A stretch of DNA of 64,000 nt from Vicugna vicugna (GCA_013265495.1 MU057744.1:62001-126000); one strand, 5' to 3'; counted from the first letter of the stretch, positions 1 to 12,821 are shown. Program-made: numbers and translations. The notes: generated by a model from the letters alone, not told the origin.

Positions 1-732
1 ACCACAAAACTCTACCACAAGACTACCTTGACAGAGTATCTCCACACTCCTCCAGATGTCAGTGGACAGGGACAAACCACCAACAGATACAAGACATGAG
101 TAGGATTAACATCTGTACAAGAAGAAGCAAAGGAGAGAATCAGGGATCTGACAAACTTGGAAATCTCAAAATAGCTAACAGGTACTCAGTGGGAAGCTGA
201 GAGAGCCAGTCTGAAGGGTTTTCCCCACTCAAGTGATGGGTGACTCCAAAGAGGGTGCAGTAAAGGTCCAAAAGGGTGAGAGCTGTCTGGGACAAATGAA
301 AGGGCCATGGAAAAGGGGTAAAGGGGCCAGAGCCTGGAGACTTGAGAAAGTAAGCCAATGTCCTCTTAAGCGCTACATGGAAACCACAGAAGAGGAAATT
401 CCAGAGCAGTGAAGTTAGAGAAACCAAGTGGGCCTATGTCTACCAGAGATTCAGAAAAACTGATTTCATGTAAAAATCTTCAACAGCAACAAAAACATAC
501 AAAGTTGTTTAGGGAAGAAAATATTAAAGTCACAGGATCACACATAGACCTTAACACATGCCAGAAAGACATACCCAGAAAACAAGTGACATCTACAATT
601 TATTTCCAAAAAAGCTAAAAGAACAACATAAATCAGAGCTAGAAAAACTCAGAAGCAAAATGATGGAATTCAGTATCAGAAATTTTTAAAAATCACGTCA
701 GAAATGAGATTAAGTGTAAAAGAAGACAAGGT

Positions 733-1555
733 AGTGATGTTGTGATATAATAGGAAATATACACTTGGTCTTCATCCCACTGCCTGGCACAGAGCTTCCT
801 GAATGACAGGGTTGAGAGGGGATGTTATTCCTAATAAGACCCTTTCGACCATACTCAACTTTATGCTAATGAGGTGACCCTTGGTGGGTCCCTAGATAAC
901 TTCGGGGGGGAGGAGGGGGCTGGTTGCCAGAGGAAACAACCATATGATAAAAGGGTTGAGACTTTCAGCCCCATTCCTCAACCTCCAGTGAGGGGAAGGG
1001 GACTGGGGTTGAGCTAATCACCAGTGGCTGATGATTTGATCAATCATGCTTATGCAATGAAACTTCCATTAAAACCTGAACAAAAGGGTTCAAAGAGCTT
1101 CCAGGTTGGTGACGACATCCCTGTTCCAGGAGGGTGGTGCACTGCCAACTCCTCCAAGACAGGAGCTCCGGCCCTTGAGACCCTTGCAGACCTTGCCCTA
1201 TGTACCTCTTCCTCTGACTTCATCAGTGTTTCCCTTGGCTCCATGAAGCAGTGTAGGAAATTACTGAATCTGAGGAAGTGCTCATGGGAATCCCCAGTTT
1301 GTAGCCAAATCAGACAGAAGTGTGGCTAATCTGGGGACCCACTACTTGTGATTGACGCATGAAGTGGGAAGCAGTCTTGTGGGACTGGGCCCTTAACCTG
1401 TAGGGTCTGCACTAACTCCAGGTAGTTAGTGTCTGAATGAATCAAATTGTAAGACACCTGGCTGATGTCCACAGAGACCGGGAGAATTGTTTGGTGTGGA
1501 AAACTCACACATGTGGTCAGAAGTGTTACGAGTAGAAACAGATTATAGTAGTATA
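733..1555 (+). mobile_element. MER21-family (MER21C-like) ERV LTR, interrupting an old L1 fragment
   Basis: Starts GTGATGTTGTGATATAATAGGAAATATACACTTGGTCTTC and contains GGCTGGTTGCCAGAGGAAACAACC and TGATTTGATCAATCATGCTTATGCAATGAAAC, matching my recollection of MER21. A-rich L1-like sequence flanks it at ~430-730 and ~1570-1990. Confidence 0.75.
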
Positions 1556-1569
1556 AAGAGTGCCGAAAT

Positions 1570-1990
1570 CCAGCAGATAACACCTTAAGAGAAACAGAAA
1601 ATTTAAAGGAAAAAAAATCAAATCAAAAGAAATGAAGAAACATGAAAAAGGATTTGAGAGAAAGTAACAAATAGAGAAGACAGGCAATGAATATCCAACA
1701 TTGTGTAATAGGAATCCCTGAACCGTACAACCAGAGCAAGGGACAGAACCACAGCTAAAAGCTACAGTCCAAGAAAACTCCTCTGAAATTAAATATCAAA
1801 AAAATTTGAAATTACATATATAAAGTTAAAATCAACCCAGAATGAGTAATACCAGAACATATTCGATAAAATTTCTAGACTTTAAATATATCCTTTAGAC
1901 ATCCAGGTAAAAAGACCAAGCTGCTAATAAGAGAAAGAAAATCAGATGGTCATCAGATTTCTCAATGGCCACACTTTGTGCCAGGAGAAC
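1570..1990 (+). mobile_element. Degenerate ancient L1 (ORF1-region) fragment
   Basis: A-rich sequence with L1 ORF1-like motifs (ATAGGAATCCCTGAA, AAGAAAATCAGATGGTCATCAGATTTCTCAATGGCCACACT). No intact ORF. Confidence 0.55.
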
Positions 1991-2029
1991 AGATGGAAAG
2001 AAAGTGATGATGAACGCAGGGGAAACTAG

Positions 2030-2380
2030 TAGGAAGCGGATTCAACAGGATTTACTGATGAATCAGACAGGGATGCAGAGAAGGAAAGCGGGTCAGGGAT
2101 GAGCCGGGCAACTGGAAGGACGGGGTTGCCATTTGATGACACTAAGTAGACCGTGGGAGGAGGAGGTTTGGGGAAGGAAATAAGCTAATAGTTTGTACAT
2201 ACGACATTTTAAGTTTCTATTAACAATCTACGTGGAGTGCCAGGCAGGCAGCCATATAAAGAACCTGGAATTGAGAACTGAGGTCTGGGTTAGAAATGTG
2301 TATTTAGAAATCATTAGCATGTAGAAGCGATTTGAAGCCAGAAGGCTGGATAAAATCAAAGGGGGAGTCAATGAAGAGAG
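2030..2380 (-). mobile_element. L2 LINE fragment
   Basis: Purine-rich L2-type text (GGATTTACTGATGAATCAGAC...GGGTTGCCATTTGATGAC...ATCATTAGCATGTAGAAGCGATTTGAAGCC). Confidence 0.55.
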
Positions 2381-2744
2381 CGTTCCCTTGTTCAGCACCT
2401 TGCACAGGTGTACCATAAAACCCAGATTTTCATCATGGCCAGCAGAGCCCTACGTGGGGCTCCCTCTCATTTTCCACCACTCCTCACCTCCTTCTCCCAG
2501 CTCTTTTATGCCATCATGCTATCCCCTGAGTAAACTCATTCATTCCCAACTCAGGGCCTCTGCACATGCTGTTCCCTAGGACCAGGATCTGTTCCCCTCA
2601 GCAGATGTGAGCCCGCACGCTCACAGCATCCTGCTCTCAGAGGAGTCTTCTGAAACCTATCCAAAATGCCTGCCCCGGCCACAACCACCTCGCTCTCTAG
2701 CCCCTTACTCTGCTTTATTCTTCCTCCATTTACAGATTGCCCAC

Positions 2745-3230
2745 CAGTTTCTGTTGCTGCGTTAACAGATTACCCCAAAACTCAGTGTCTTGACAAAACT
2801 GTCTCATTAGGCACATGGATTCTGTGGGTCGGGAACGTGGACAGGGCACAGAGGATGGCTGGTCTGTGTTATGCAATGCCTGAGGCCTCAACAGGGAAGA
2901 CTCAAAGGCTGGGGGTGACTTCACAGCTAGGGTTTAGAATGACCTTCACTCATGTACCTGCCACGTGGGCTCAGCTAACTCAAGGACCAGGGCTGCAGAC
3001 CGGAGGCTCGGCTTCCTCAGGCACAGCGGCCACGGGACAGTCAGCCTTCTCACCTGGCTCCAGAGACCCAAGAGCAGGGTCCCGGCAGGCACAGCAGAGC
3101 TGCACCGCCGTCTGCGACGCAGCTTCAGACGCTGCACGATGGCACTTCTTCTGCACTTCACCGGTCAAAGCGGTCTCAGGTCTATCCAAAGGAGGGACAT
3201 AGACTCTGTCTCTTAACGAGAAAAGAATCA
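2745..3230 (-). mobile_element. MLT1 (ERVL-MaLR) LTR, old subfamily
   Basis: TTCTGTTGCTGCGTTAACAGATTACCCCAAAACTCAGTG...GATTCTGTGGGTC...GGGAAGACTCAAAGGCTGGGG is typical reverse-strand MLT1 text. Confidence 0.65.
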
Positions 3231-4504
3231 AAGACTAGTGAGGTGACGTACTGGCCCCTTGCCCGAGACGTATTCTCAGTGGTGAGCGGCTCTTCCCAGC
3301 CTGCTCCCAGCTGCCTGTAGAAAGAACTGTCTCCTTCATGTTCCTCTGCTGACCCGTGGATCTCGTGCTCTCTCTCCCCCGACCCCCAACTATCTGAATG
3401 CCCAGCTGCTCCACTATATATCAAGAAGTCTGCACTTGATCTAAGATCTGACCCTACCAAATAGAGAACACCCTGTCTCTCTCTTTACAGCAAGGCTTCT
3501 AAATCTGTCAGCAGCCCCTCCTCCGTGACGGAGGGTCCATCTCCAATGTACAGTCTGGTCCCTGTTAATCCTCTGAAAATTCCTTTCAGGACTTCTTCAA
3601 GGGATGAAATATTTTTCTGAACATTGAAATAAAAACCACAAAAACAAAACGGAAGAGTTATTCAACAAGTTCTCAGTGGCTTCCTCACAATGGTATTTGA
3701 TGGAAAATAATTGGACAAGACAAATTCATTCCAGACTGAACTGAGTAGCTATTTTCCTAAATGGAAAGAAATCCTTCTCCTTCCACCATCAAAGCCCCTA
3801 AAAATGCCACCAAGATGGTTGAATAACACTGACTTGAGTCAGGAAACCAAATGGCTGGAAATCCAGCTGCACCTGGTTTATTCATATTTATACCCACAGA
3901 TTCACCCTGTTGGCCTGAGGATACTTGACTCAAGGGGAGAGTTCCATGTGCCTGGGCACCTGGCTCTGGGTTTGAGACACTTCACATCGCATTGGCCAAC
4001 AAGAATTCCTCTTGGAGTCAACCTGAGGCTGGGCATGGAACCAGGTGAAATAATGGGACAGAGAGAGGCAGGGACCACATCCCAGAGGGAGATCAAACGA
4101 AGCTAAACAGAGGGAGAGAAGGACCAGACCCAAAGGCAGACCCCACACACAGGCCAGGGCATGGTTTCGGCTGTCTGGAAGCAGTTCCCAGACAGAAGCC
4201 TCAGTGTGATGAATCCGTTCCCCTGGACGTTGAGGGGATAAAGAGTCTGCTGCCGAGACAGAGCGTATTTATCCGAGGAATGGCTGTGAGAATTGGGCTC
4301 GGGCGGGGGGGGGGGGCGTGGGGAGTATGTGGTGGGGGAAAAGCCACCATGAATCCCCAGTCTAGACCCTGAGCCCGGAATGCCCAGGGAGAAGCTAAAA
4401 GGAAGGGCGTGTTTGGGAGAAGCCCGCTGAGCCGGGCTCTGAAATGGCTGGTTGGGATACCAGGGTCAGGTTTTGCAGACGAGCCTTGAAAAATCACAGA
4501 AAGC

Positions 4505-4638
4505 GGGGAGAGAAACAGCTCAGTGGTCGAGCACAGCCATAGCACGCACGAGGGCCTGGGTTCAATCCCCAGTCCCTCCATTTAAACAAATAAATAAATA
4601 AACCTAATTAGCTCCCCCAAAAACTAAATAAAATAAAT
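4505..4638 (+). mobile_element. tRNA-Ala-derived camelid SINE (Vic-1-like)
   Basis: A-box CAGCTCAGTGG, B-box GGTTCAATCCC and tail AAATAAACCTAATTAGCTCCCCC. TSD AAAAATCACAGA(A/G)AGC at 4489-4504 and 4639-4654. Confidence 0.9.
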
Positions 4639-4877
4639 AAAAATCACAGAGAGCAGAAAATTGAGATGAACTTAAGACAAAAATTACCAGGAGCTCCCGT
4701 CTCCTTTTCCATGCTCAAAATCAGATTCCATTGCAAACAATGCCATAAAAAAAGTCTACACTTTTAAATAGCAAAGATTTCCAAGTATTCGAAAAAGGCC
4801 CCGTTCTGTTAGGCAACACAATCCCATCCAGCACGAAAGCAATGTTTAGACAATCTTCCATTATTCCGGCGGGTCAG

Positions 4878-5030
4878 TCATGTGGTGGCTCACAGCGAAA
4901 AAAAAATGTGACAATGAATATATGTACGTTTGTGTATAACTGGAAAATTGTGCTCTACACTGGAATTTGACACGACGTTGTAAAATGACTATAACTCGAT
5001 AAAAAAATGTTTTAAAAAGGGAAAAAAAAA
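4878..5030 (+). mobile_element. Short 5'-truncated young L1 3' end
   Basis: AATGAATATATGTAC...GTGCTCTACACTGGAATTTGACACGACGTTGTAAAATGACTATAACTCGATAAAAAAA plus poly(A). Homologous to the other L1 3' ends in this window. Confidence 0.75.
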
Positions 5031-5864
5031 GAGACTATTGAGACTGGTGACCCACCATGAGGCCAGCAGGAACCAACATTACACACGTGGAAAAGATGGC
5101 CGTTCCCTCTTTCACTACCCACCCACCCCTCCAAAGAAGGTCCCAATTCTGCTTTTGTGACCAGCCCTGCAAATGGGTGGTCAATGCTGGGCTGCTTTGG
5201 GTGGCCGGGACCAGGGCTGCTTCCCCTGTAAGGGTTTTCCTGCTGAAGAAATAACAGCAGCACCTATTGGTGGCATGTTTTTGCGCTGAAGGGGCATGTT
5301 TCCATACATTACCTCAGCTGATGCTCACAAAAACCACGTGAGGCCGGCTTGACACGGTTTGGTCTGACACACGTGGACATGCCCTTTGCCGGAAGCCCTT
5401 CCCTCTCCCCTTGGAGGAGGGGAGCATTTGGAAGGGAGGAAAACCCCCTCCCTCCCTGGCCTTGCTGTGCACCAGGGCCTTCTCACCCTTCAAGAGGATA
5501 AGCAAGTTTTTGTGGCCCTGGGATGCAGGAGGGGCAGGGGGGAACCACAGATGGCTGGGGGTCCCAGAAGTTCTGACGGTGGTGCCAGGGGACAAGGAAT
5601 AGCGTGAGGGAAGTGTCTGTGGCCCGCTCCCTTCCTCTGAGTGGGACCAGTTCCTGTCCGTGGTTTCAGTCCCCCACCTCGGTGCCAAATTGCCAGCCGC
5701 CGGCAGCATCCTAGACACCTGTAAGGCCTAGTGGGACCCTGGACCCCCAGTGAGGGTGGGGAGAAGAGCGCTCCCTTTTGTCCTTTGGGGTCAGATGTGC
5801 ACACTTGAGACCACACAAGCCAGGGACAGATGGGAGTGGATGCCACCTTTCCACTGGATTTACC

Positions 5865-5965
5865 ATCATCATCATCACCATTATCCCAGTTTTACTGATA
5901 AGTTGTTAAGTCCCTGCGGAGCTGAAGGACTTGCCAGGATCCCGCCGCTGGTGAGTGACAGCGCC
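5865..5965. mobile_element. MIR SINE fragment
   Basis: ATTATCCCAGTTTTACTGATAAG...GACTTGCCAGGATCCCGCCGCTGGTGAGTGACAG resembles the MIR core. Confidence 0.5.
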
Positions 5966-8489
5966 AAGTACTCTGCCTCTGAGGCCCTGATGGCTTTGCT
6001 GCTCTGCTGTCCTGCTCCAAGGATAAATGACCCCAACCCCCGTGTGCACTTATCAAGTGCGGGAGCCCCATCTGCTTCCCAGCCCCCGCTGCCCGGCCCC
6101 CGGTCCCAGCCCTCCGGCCCTGACTTGGGAGAGGTCAGCGTGCTGCCTGCCCTTCTCCTGCAGAACAAGCACCAGCTCCCTGAACGCCCTTGGCTCCCCC
6201 CACTCTACAGTGTCTCCTCTGTCCCTATCACGGGCCTGCTTTACAAGGTGAGCAACCTCCTTTTCATAATGAAGCCCTTTAATACTGAAAAAAAAATGGG
6301 GGAAAAAAAAACCTTTGCTTGGAAACAGTCCCAGACAGCCCAGCTCGCAGAGTTCCCCGGAAGCTGAGCGCCTTTCCGCTCGGCCCAGGTGCAGTCACCC
6401 AGGACGTGCTTTGGAGGAGAGGGACGATTTTGTGACCAGACAGAAGAGCCCTCTTCTGTGCTCTGCCTGTGAAAAGTGGCAGCTGTGCTGCGTTCCTCTG
6501 TCCAGGAAACCCGTGAACAGCTCAGAGAAAAGTCCTGAGAAAAGCGACGATGATTAACGAGCTGGAAAAGCAAGCGGCAGCCTTGATGGGGGACCCACGG
6601 GCAGAGCTGGATGGGTACCCCGCCTGCGAGAAGCTGCGGCCCCCCCATTCCCTACGCCCCCACCCCCGACCCCCCCGGAACCCACCCCCGACCCTCCCAG
6701 AGAGAGAGGACACACTCGGCTGGGCCCCGGGGAGGGGCAGTTCCGTGGGCAGAATGGGAAGGAAATGCAGAGAAGAGGAAGATGTCAGCTGAACATCACA
6801 AACAAATTCCTCGCGCAGGGCACCCCCCACCTTCACCCTCACCCGCCGTGGATGGAAAGCGTGTGGTTATCCCGGGGTCCTGGAAGGCCAGGATGGAGAT
6901 TTGCGCAAGGCTGGCAAAGCCCCCGAGAGCTGCAGAGCCACAGCTGGAGACTGGCCGCCCCGGGGGGATCGGACTCTCCGGGCCGGGAGGCTGGCCGAGT
7001 AGGACCCAGGCAGCTGACAGCACCCAGGCCCCTGGCCGCCTCCGGAGCCAGCCCCCCGCCAGGGCCTGGGCCCGTGCTCCTGCAGCCCACGCCTGGGCCG
7101 GTCCCTGAGATTTATGTGATCAGAGCCCCGAGCTGGGACCTTGGGAACAAGTCTTCCTTTCCTGGTCCACTGAAGTCACTGGAACCCGTTAGTGAAGTTT
7201 CATCCCTGTCCGTAAATCACCTCCTTAGTCCTGCAGCATGACGCTTAAACAGCCGAGGAGGTTTGTTTTTAATTTCCTTGGACTACGAAGCGTACACGCA
7301 AACACCGGCCTGAAAGCAGCCTGTGTTCCCATTGTTCTGGGTGCACCACCTCCAACCTCTGCTCTGCCGCTGGGCGCGGCGAAGGCCACAGGGGCTCTGG
7401 GGGTGGTACGCTCAGCGGGGCAGGGGGGTGCCCACCAGGCTGCCGCCGGGGAGGGAGGCCGCTGTGAAATCGAGAAGACTGACTTGTCACAGGGGCCCGG
7501 CCGCAGGGTATGTTTGCAGCAGCCTGGGACCCCAGACAGCCTGCCCTCTCCCCTGATACCCCCCCGCCGTGGCCTTCCACCTGTGGCCTTTTTTCACCGT
7601 CAGCCTGGCAGTGTCTGCCTTGCACAAAAAGACACCATGAGGAAGGGACTTTTCTTTCAGCCCACACGGAACTTTCACACTTGACACTGTTCTTAAATCC
7701 AGAAAAGCCTTGCGGGACTCCTGTCAGAAACCTCAGCGTGGCCTCTGGTTGGGGGGGTGCGTCTCGTGCCGCGTCAGCTGCCCCTCTGGGGAGATGTGCT
7801 GTGGGTCTCCTCCCTCCCGCCCCTCCACCTGGCTCTTGAGGAGTTTGCTCCGTCTTAGAGCAACCCCATAGCCTCTCCCGGGCTCATTTTCGTCCTTGTA
7901 GACACACGCCCCTCGATTCTGTGCAGAGGCGGGAGGCTGGAGTAACTCTGTCTGAAGAGAATGTGCACGTATTTGCAACTTGCCTGTATTCAGTGGAGAT
8001 TTCTTCAGCAGACACTTGTGCTGTGCCTAACTGGAGCACAGGGCGGCATAAATGATAAAACCTGCAGGCTCACGGGATTGAAGAAACACGCCAAGCAGCA
8101 CACACTGTGTTAAATGCCAAGTGGCGCTGTCAAGCCTGTCTTACTCCACAGCCTTGATTTTTCAGCTACACCCTATGCTCTGCAGTGAGTCCAACAAAAT
8201 GCTTGTTTCCAGGCCTTTGGGAATGGGGACTCCCTGAGACCCAGTGGTCATCTGAAGATATGTTCATGTTCAGCAGAGCGCTTGCTGGCAAAGGGCTTAG
8301 GCAACAAATGATAAATAAATGAATGAACTCTCCACCACTGAGAAGGCTGGGAATGGCCCTGGTTTGTTGGCCTGGGCCAGGGGGGTCCTGGGGGGTCCTG
8401 GGGCTAGTGACAGACTGGCGGGCAAGGCCAGGTCCTGGGTCCACTGGAGGGTGAGGCTGGGTCCCTGCACAGCTCACCTCTCAGCTTAG

Positions 8490-9151
8490 GGGGTCCCAGA
8501 ATTGGTGCCACCCAGCTGGTGGGAAGGTAAGTCCCTGTACTAGTAGGCTGGGAGGAGAACCCCAAAATGGTGCTGCCAGCACTGGTATCTTTGTGCTGGA
8601 ACAATCTCCCAGAACTGGCTGCCGCCAGCATGTATGTCACCCAGAGGAATCCTGGTTACCTCCTGACCCTCCAGAAGGTTCTCCAAGATCAGCAAGGTGG
8701 TCTGACCCAGGGTTCTCTCATACTTTCCCTGCACTGGGTCCTGGCGCACGTGAGAGTTCTGCAGTGCCCTTTAAGAGGGAAGTCTCTGTTCCCCACAGCC
8801 CTCCAGCTCTCTGGCACACGATCCCCACTGGCCGTTCAAGCCAGATGTTCCAGGGCTTGTCTTCCCAGTGCAGGACCCCTGGGCTGGGGACCGTGTGTGG
8901 GGCTCAGACTTGAGGAGAACCCCTTCAGTGGTGATTATCCTCCCATTTCGGGGTCACCCACCCGGAGTGGGGGTCTTGGCTCTCCTTGTCTCCTTTTGGT
9001 TCCTTCTTTATATTTTCAGTTGTGGCAAATATTTTCTGCTAGTCTCTAGGTCATCCTCATCAAGGGTTGCTCTATAAAGAGTTGTGATTTTGGCGTGCCC
9101 GTAGGAGGAGGTGAGCTCGGGGTCTTCCCGCTCCGCCATCTGGCCACACCC
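8490..9151 (-). mobile_element. L1 5'UTR fragment (laurasiatherian L1), antisense
   Basis: Ends GGAGGAGGTGAGCTCGGGGTCTTCCCGCTCCGCCATCTGGCCACACCCC, the reverse complement of an L1 5' end with a YY1-type AGATGGCGG core at ~9134-9142. Internal text is typical of L1 5'UTRs. Confidence 0.7.
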
Positions 9152-9767
9152 CTCTGAAACTGGTAACTTCTGTTCATAAACCTTTAAAGTGCAAATAACA
9201 AGCTACCAACAGAGAAGGTGGATAAAGCCTTGTCATAATGTCATAAGCAGGATCTACAAAATTCAGCTGCATAAAATGCGTGATTGCATTTTTGCAAAAA
9301 TTGTGAAAAAATATTTTGGAAAAAAAAATGTTTTCAATCAGCATTTCAGTTACTGTGTGGGAAAAAAATAGGGGAAATGGATTGATGAGTCGTGTAGGAA
9401 AGGCATTTAAATGCTGACCTAGAAAATCCCCAATGATCAAGAGACATGTTTCCAAATGCCATTCCTCTCTCAGCAGAGGAGAAGAAATTCAACCCACTCC
9501 TGTTTGCATGCCCAGCCAAAGTGGGAGAGATTGTTCAAGATGGAGAGGGGAAAAGAGCATTTTCAGACAACCTCAACTGAAAGAGTTTGCCATGACGCAG
9601 ACCCTCGCCCACTTCAGAAAGAAGTAAAAGGATTCCAGGAGACGGAGATCTGAATGCAAGAATGAATGAACCGACAAAAGCATAAACATATGGATAAATT
9701 TAAATAAAAAACCAATGGTGTAAAACAATGATAATTACGTTCCATTTGTGCGGTTAAAACAAGGGGT

Positions 9768-10000
9768 AGATGGCCGTCATCTCTCTGCATCTTCACATGG
9801 TCCTCCTTCCGTGCGTGTCTGTGTTCCCATCTCGTCTTCTTATCACGACACCATTCATGTTGGATTAGGGCCCGGCCTAGATCTCATTTTACCTTAGTCA
9901 CCTCTTTAAAGGCCCTGTCCCCAAACACAGTCACGTTCAGAGACCCTGGGGTTAGGGCTTCAACATATGACTTTGGGTGGACACAATTCCACGCCTCACA
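9768..10000 (-). mobile_element. MLT1A/B/C-like LTR fragment
   Basis: TCTTCACATGG...TGGATTAGGGCCC...GGGGTTAGGGCTTCAACATATGA...GGACACAATTC is the classic reverse MLT1 end. Confidence 0.75.
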
Positions 10001-10004
10001 CCAG

Positions 10005-10150
10005 GTTTCAGGCACTTTGTATACATGGTATTAAGTAATCCTCCAGCAACACTCAGGCAAACATTCCTTGCTCATTCGTCTATGATGAAACCGAGGCCCG
10101 AGGAGACTAGGTAACCCGGCCAAGGCCACACAGCTAGCAGTGGGCAAAGA
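10005..10150. mobile_element. MIR SINE fragment
   Basis: GATGAAACCGAGGCCCGAGGAGACTAGGTAACCCGGCCAAGGCCACACAGCTAG matches the MIR core. Confidence 0.6.
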
Positions 10151-10288
10151 CGTGAGGCAAGCCAGCCCCCAGGCCTGTGGTCATTGCACCACATTGCCTG
10201 CTGAGACCGGGTGGCTATAAATCACGAAGGTAAGGCAGCCAAAGGGAGACGGCGGTATGTTGTGAGCTGGCACTAAAGATACTGCGCA

Positions 10289-10462
10289 GGGGTGGGTGGG
10301 TACAGCTCAGGGGTACAGTGCGTGCTCACCATGCACGAGGTCCTGGGTTCAATCCCCAGTACCTCCATTAAATTAATTAATTAATTAACCTACCTGCATC
10401 CCCCTAAAATAAAGAAATTAAATTGTACTAAAATAAAATAAGTATTCTTTAAAAAATGTTTT
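10289..10462 (+). mobile_element. tRNA-Ala-derived camelid SINE
   Basis: GTACAGCTCAGGGGTACAGTGCGTGCTCACCATGCACGAGGTCCTGGGTTCAATCCCCAGTACCTCCA followed by an AT-rich tail. Degenerate TSD ATACTGC. Confidence 0.88.
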
Positions 10463-10880
10463 TAAATACTGCACGGAGGGTCACATGCTCCCATGTAGGC
10501 AGCCCCAAACCTCCTTCCCACTCCCCTGTCCGATGCCCTGTTACGTCTCCTTTCGCCCTCGTTCAGCCTTTACACTCATCGCGCTTAACTTGATGGTGAT
10601 TCGGCAGGAACTGAAGAGATTCCCTCTTCCCAGGAAGGAGGGAGCCTCTGTGGGAAAGGCGGTTCTCAAAGGAGCATAGAAGGCTGCTCAGAACCAGGAG
10701 TGGCCTGTCCCTGACTTAGGGCTGGCGTGGGAAGCCGCCTGGAGGCTGGAGCTGGAGTCAGAGGAAGGAGCCGGTGGAATTCGGCTGTGAGTAGGAAATG
10801 ATGGCCATCCCCACTTCTTCCTCCAGAAGTCAATCCCAGTCTGGTCCAGAGTGGCTGAGCTCAGATCAGGGGTTCCCAAG

Positions 10881-11409
10881 TGTGGTGAGCTGAATTCTGT
10901 CCCCCACAAGTTGGTCTGTTACAGTCCTACCGCCCAGCATGTCAGCAAACGACCACATTTGGAAACAGGGTCTTTAAAGAGGTAATTTAGATTAAATGAG
11001 GTCATTAAGGTGGGCCCTAGGGGGAGGGTAGAGCTCAGTGGTAGAGCGTGTGCTCAGCATGCACGAGGCCCTCGGTTCAATCCCCAGCACCTCCATTACA
11101 GAAGTAAATAAACAAACCAACCCCCCAGGAAAAAAAAAAGAATTAAGGTGGACCCTAATCCAATATGAATGGTGTCCTTATAAGAAGAGGAGATCAGGTC
11201 ACAGACACACACAGAGGGACAACTGTGTGAGGACTCAGGGAGAAGACAGCCGTCTGCAGGCCAAGGAGAGAGGCCTCAGAAGGAGCCGGCCCTGCCGACC
11301 CCTTGATCTCAGACTTCCAGCCTCCAGAGTGGTGAGGAAACTGAATTCTGCTGTCGAAGCCCCGCCAGCCCGTGGCCCTTGGTTCTGACTGTCCAAGCAG
11401 ACTGAGGCA
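10881..11409 (+). mobile_element. MLT1A0/MLT1B-like solo LTR split by a SINE
   Basis: Starts TGTGGTGAGCTGAATTCTGTCCCCC and contains GGGTCTTTAAAGAGGTAATTTAGATTAAATGAGGTCATTAAGGTGGGCCCTA and CCTTGATCTCAGACTTCCAGCCTCCAGA. Confidence 0.85.
11020..11141 (+). mobile_element. tRNA-Ala-derived camelid SINE nested in MLT1
   Basis: GGGGGAGGGTAGAGCTCAGTGGTAGAGCG...GGTTCAATCCCCAGCACCTCCA. 16-bp TSD ATTAAGGTGG(G/A)CCCTA at 11004-11019 and 11142-11157. Confidence 0.92.
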
Positions 11410-12393
11410 CCAGGAGGTAACGGGTTCCAGGCTGGTCCCCCTGGAGAAAGGCTGTCTCCCCGTCTTCCTAGTGTTGCCCCAGGATAATTCAAATCAGAGA
11501 GACGGGCCCACTCAGCATGGACCCTCCTCCGAGCCCCTGAGAACCAAGAACAAGGTGAGTCAGAGAGAAGATGAGACGGCTTAAATTTTCCAGCATCATG
11601 GGTGGGGGTTTTGCAACGGTAAGAGTAGAGAAGTGGGGAAAAGAAATGTTCAGTTAAAAAAAAAAAACAGTCGAGGCAGGGGACAGATCCCTGAGCAAGC
11701 TCGGCCCTTGATGCCGTTGCCATTTTGAACTATCTCTTGAGTGGAATCTGTCAGCTGCTGCTTCTAGAAACTGCTGGTTTCCCAGGCAGCTCTGTGAACA
11801 AACGGGATTCGTGTTAACCAGCCTCCCCAAGTCTTTAGGAATTTAACCCAGGTCTTCTGATTTTCCAGCCCCTATTCTAGCAGCCAAGAGGCAGGCTGCT
11901 AGTCCTCACAGGCAATTAAAGGATTTATTACCTGAGCCTTCCAGAACCTTCCAAACAAATCTGTATCATCTTCTTCCCTAAAAGCTGGATCCATGTTCCG
12001 AGAGCTGGGGAACAGGTTTTCTTTCCAGGCCAGCTTGTCCATCTCAGCTGAGTGCACACACACACATTAAACCCTAATCCAGTGACGGTCTGCTCACCCG
12101 TGGGACAGGAAACTTCTAGATCTGCACAGCAGTTGCAAGTTGGAAACCCGAGGATGGAAGTGGCCTGTGTCATTTGTCACCGGAGTTCCACGGTCACGTT
12201 GCAGCCCCCGGCCTCTCTGCACCTCCCACTGGCAAGTCCTTGGACGTTGTGAGAGCCAGTTGAGGTGGACTCGGGGTGGCAGGGACCATGCTCCCCATGG
12301 ATCGAGGCATCCATGCCAAACTTGTCAGGCAGAGCTGGGCTAGATCCCAGGCCCCATGGCCCCTCTGTGGGCAGCTTGTGCAGGCGGGACCTT

Positions 12394-12505
12394 GAATCAC
12401 ACCATCACAAAGGTAACAGCATGTGAAGTGTGACACTCGGGGGGCCAACCACGAATCACACCATCACAAAGGTAACAGCATGTGAAGTGTGACACGGGGG
12501 GCCAA
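12394..12505. repeat. Two-copy tandem duplication, 59-bp period
   Basis: 43-bp identical core GAATCACACCATCACAAAGGTAACAGCATGTGAAGTGTGACAC at 12394 and 12453, each followed by a G-run and CCAA. Confidence 0.95.
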
Positions 12506-12821
12506 GCTACTTGTGCTGTGATTCCAAAGCAAGGAGAAGGGCTCACAGGAGAAGGTCAACGTCTGCAACCCTGAGCACCCCCGCCCCCCTGGAGGATGTA
12601 ACAAGTCGGCTGGTTGAGAGACAGGATTTTGAGAAGAGGGCTTTCAGAGAGGAGTGTCTTTGGAGAATGCTGTGCTTCCTGAAGGGCAGGTGGGGGGCTG
12701 CCTGCCCCACAAACATTTTGGGGTTTCCACCAAGCTACTTGGAGAGCTTACCATGTGACTCCCTCCAGCTGAGGGCAGGAAGGGCTGGGGCCTGTTCCCA
12801 GCCAGGAGGCCCAGGGCGGGA

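Noticed and set aside
3250..4270. Possible additional old LTR fragments
   Set aside because: The text is LTR-like, but I could not define termini, TSDs or a family.
6500..6630. Exon-like purine-rich segment (MINELEKQAAALMGD...)
   Set aside because: No recognisable protein family and no supporting neighbouring exons.
12394..12505. CRISPR-like repeat-spacer array
   Set aside because: Only two units with no unique spacers, in mammalian DNA with no cas genes. The 53666-53861 array is likewise LTR-internal.
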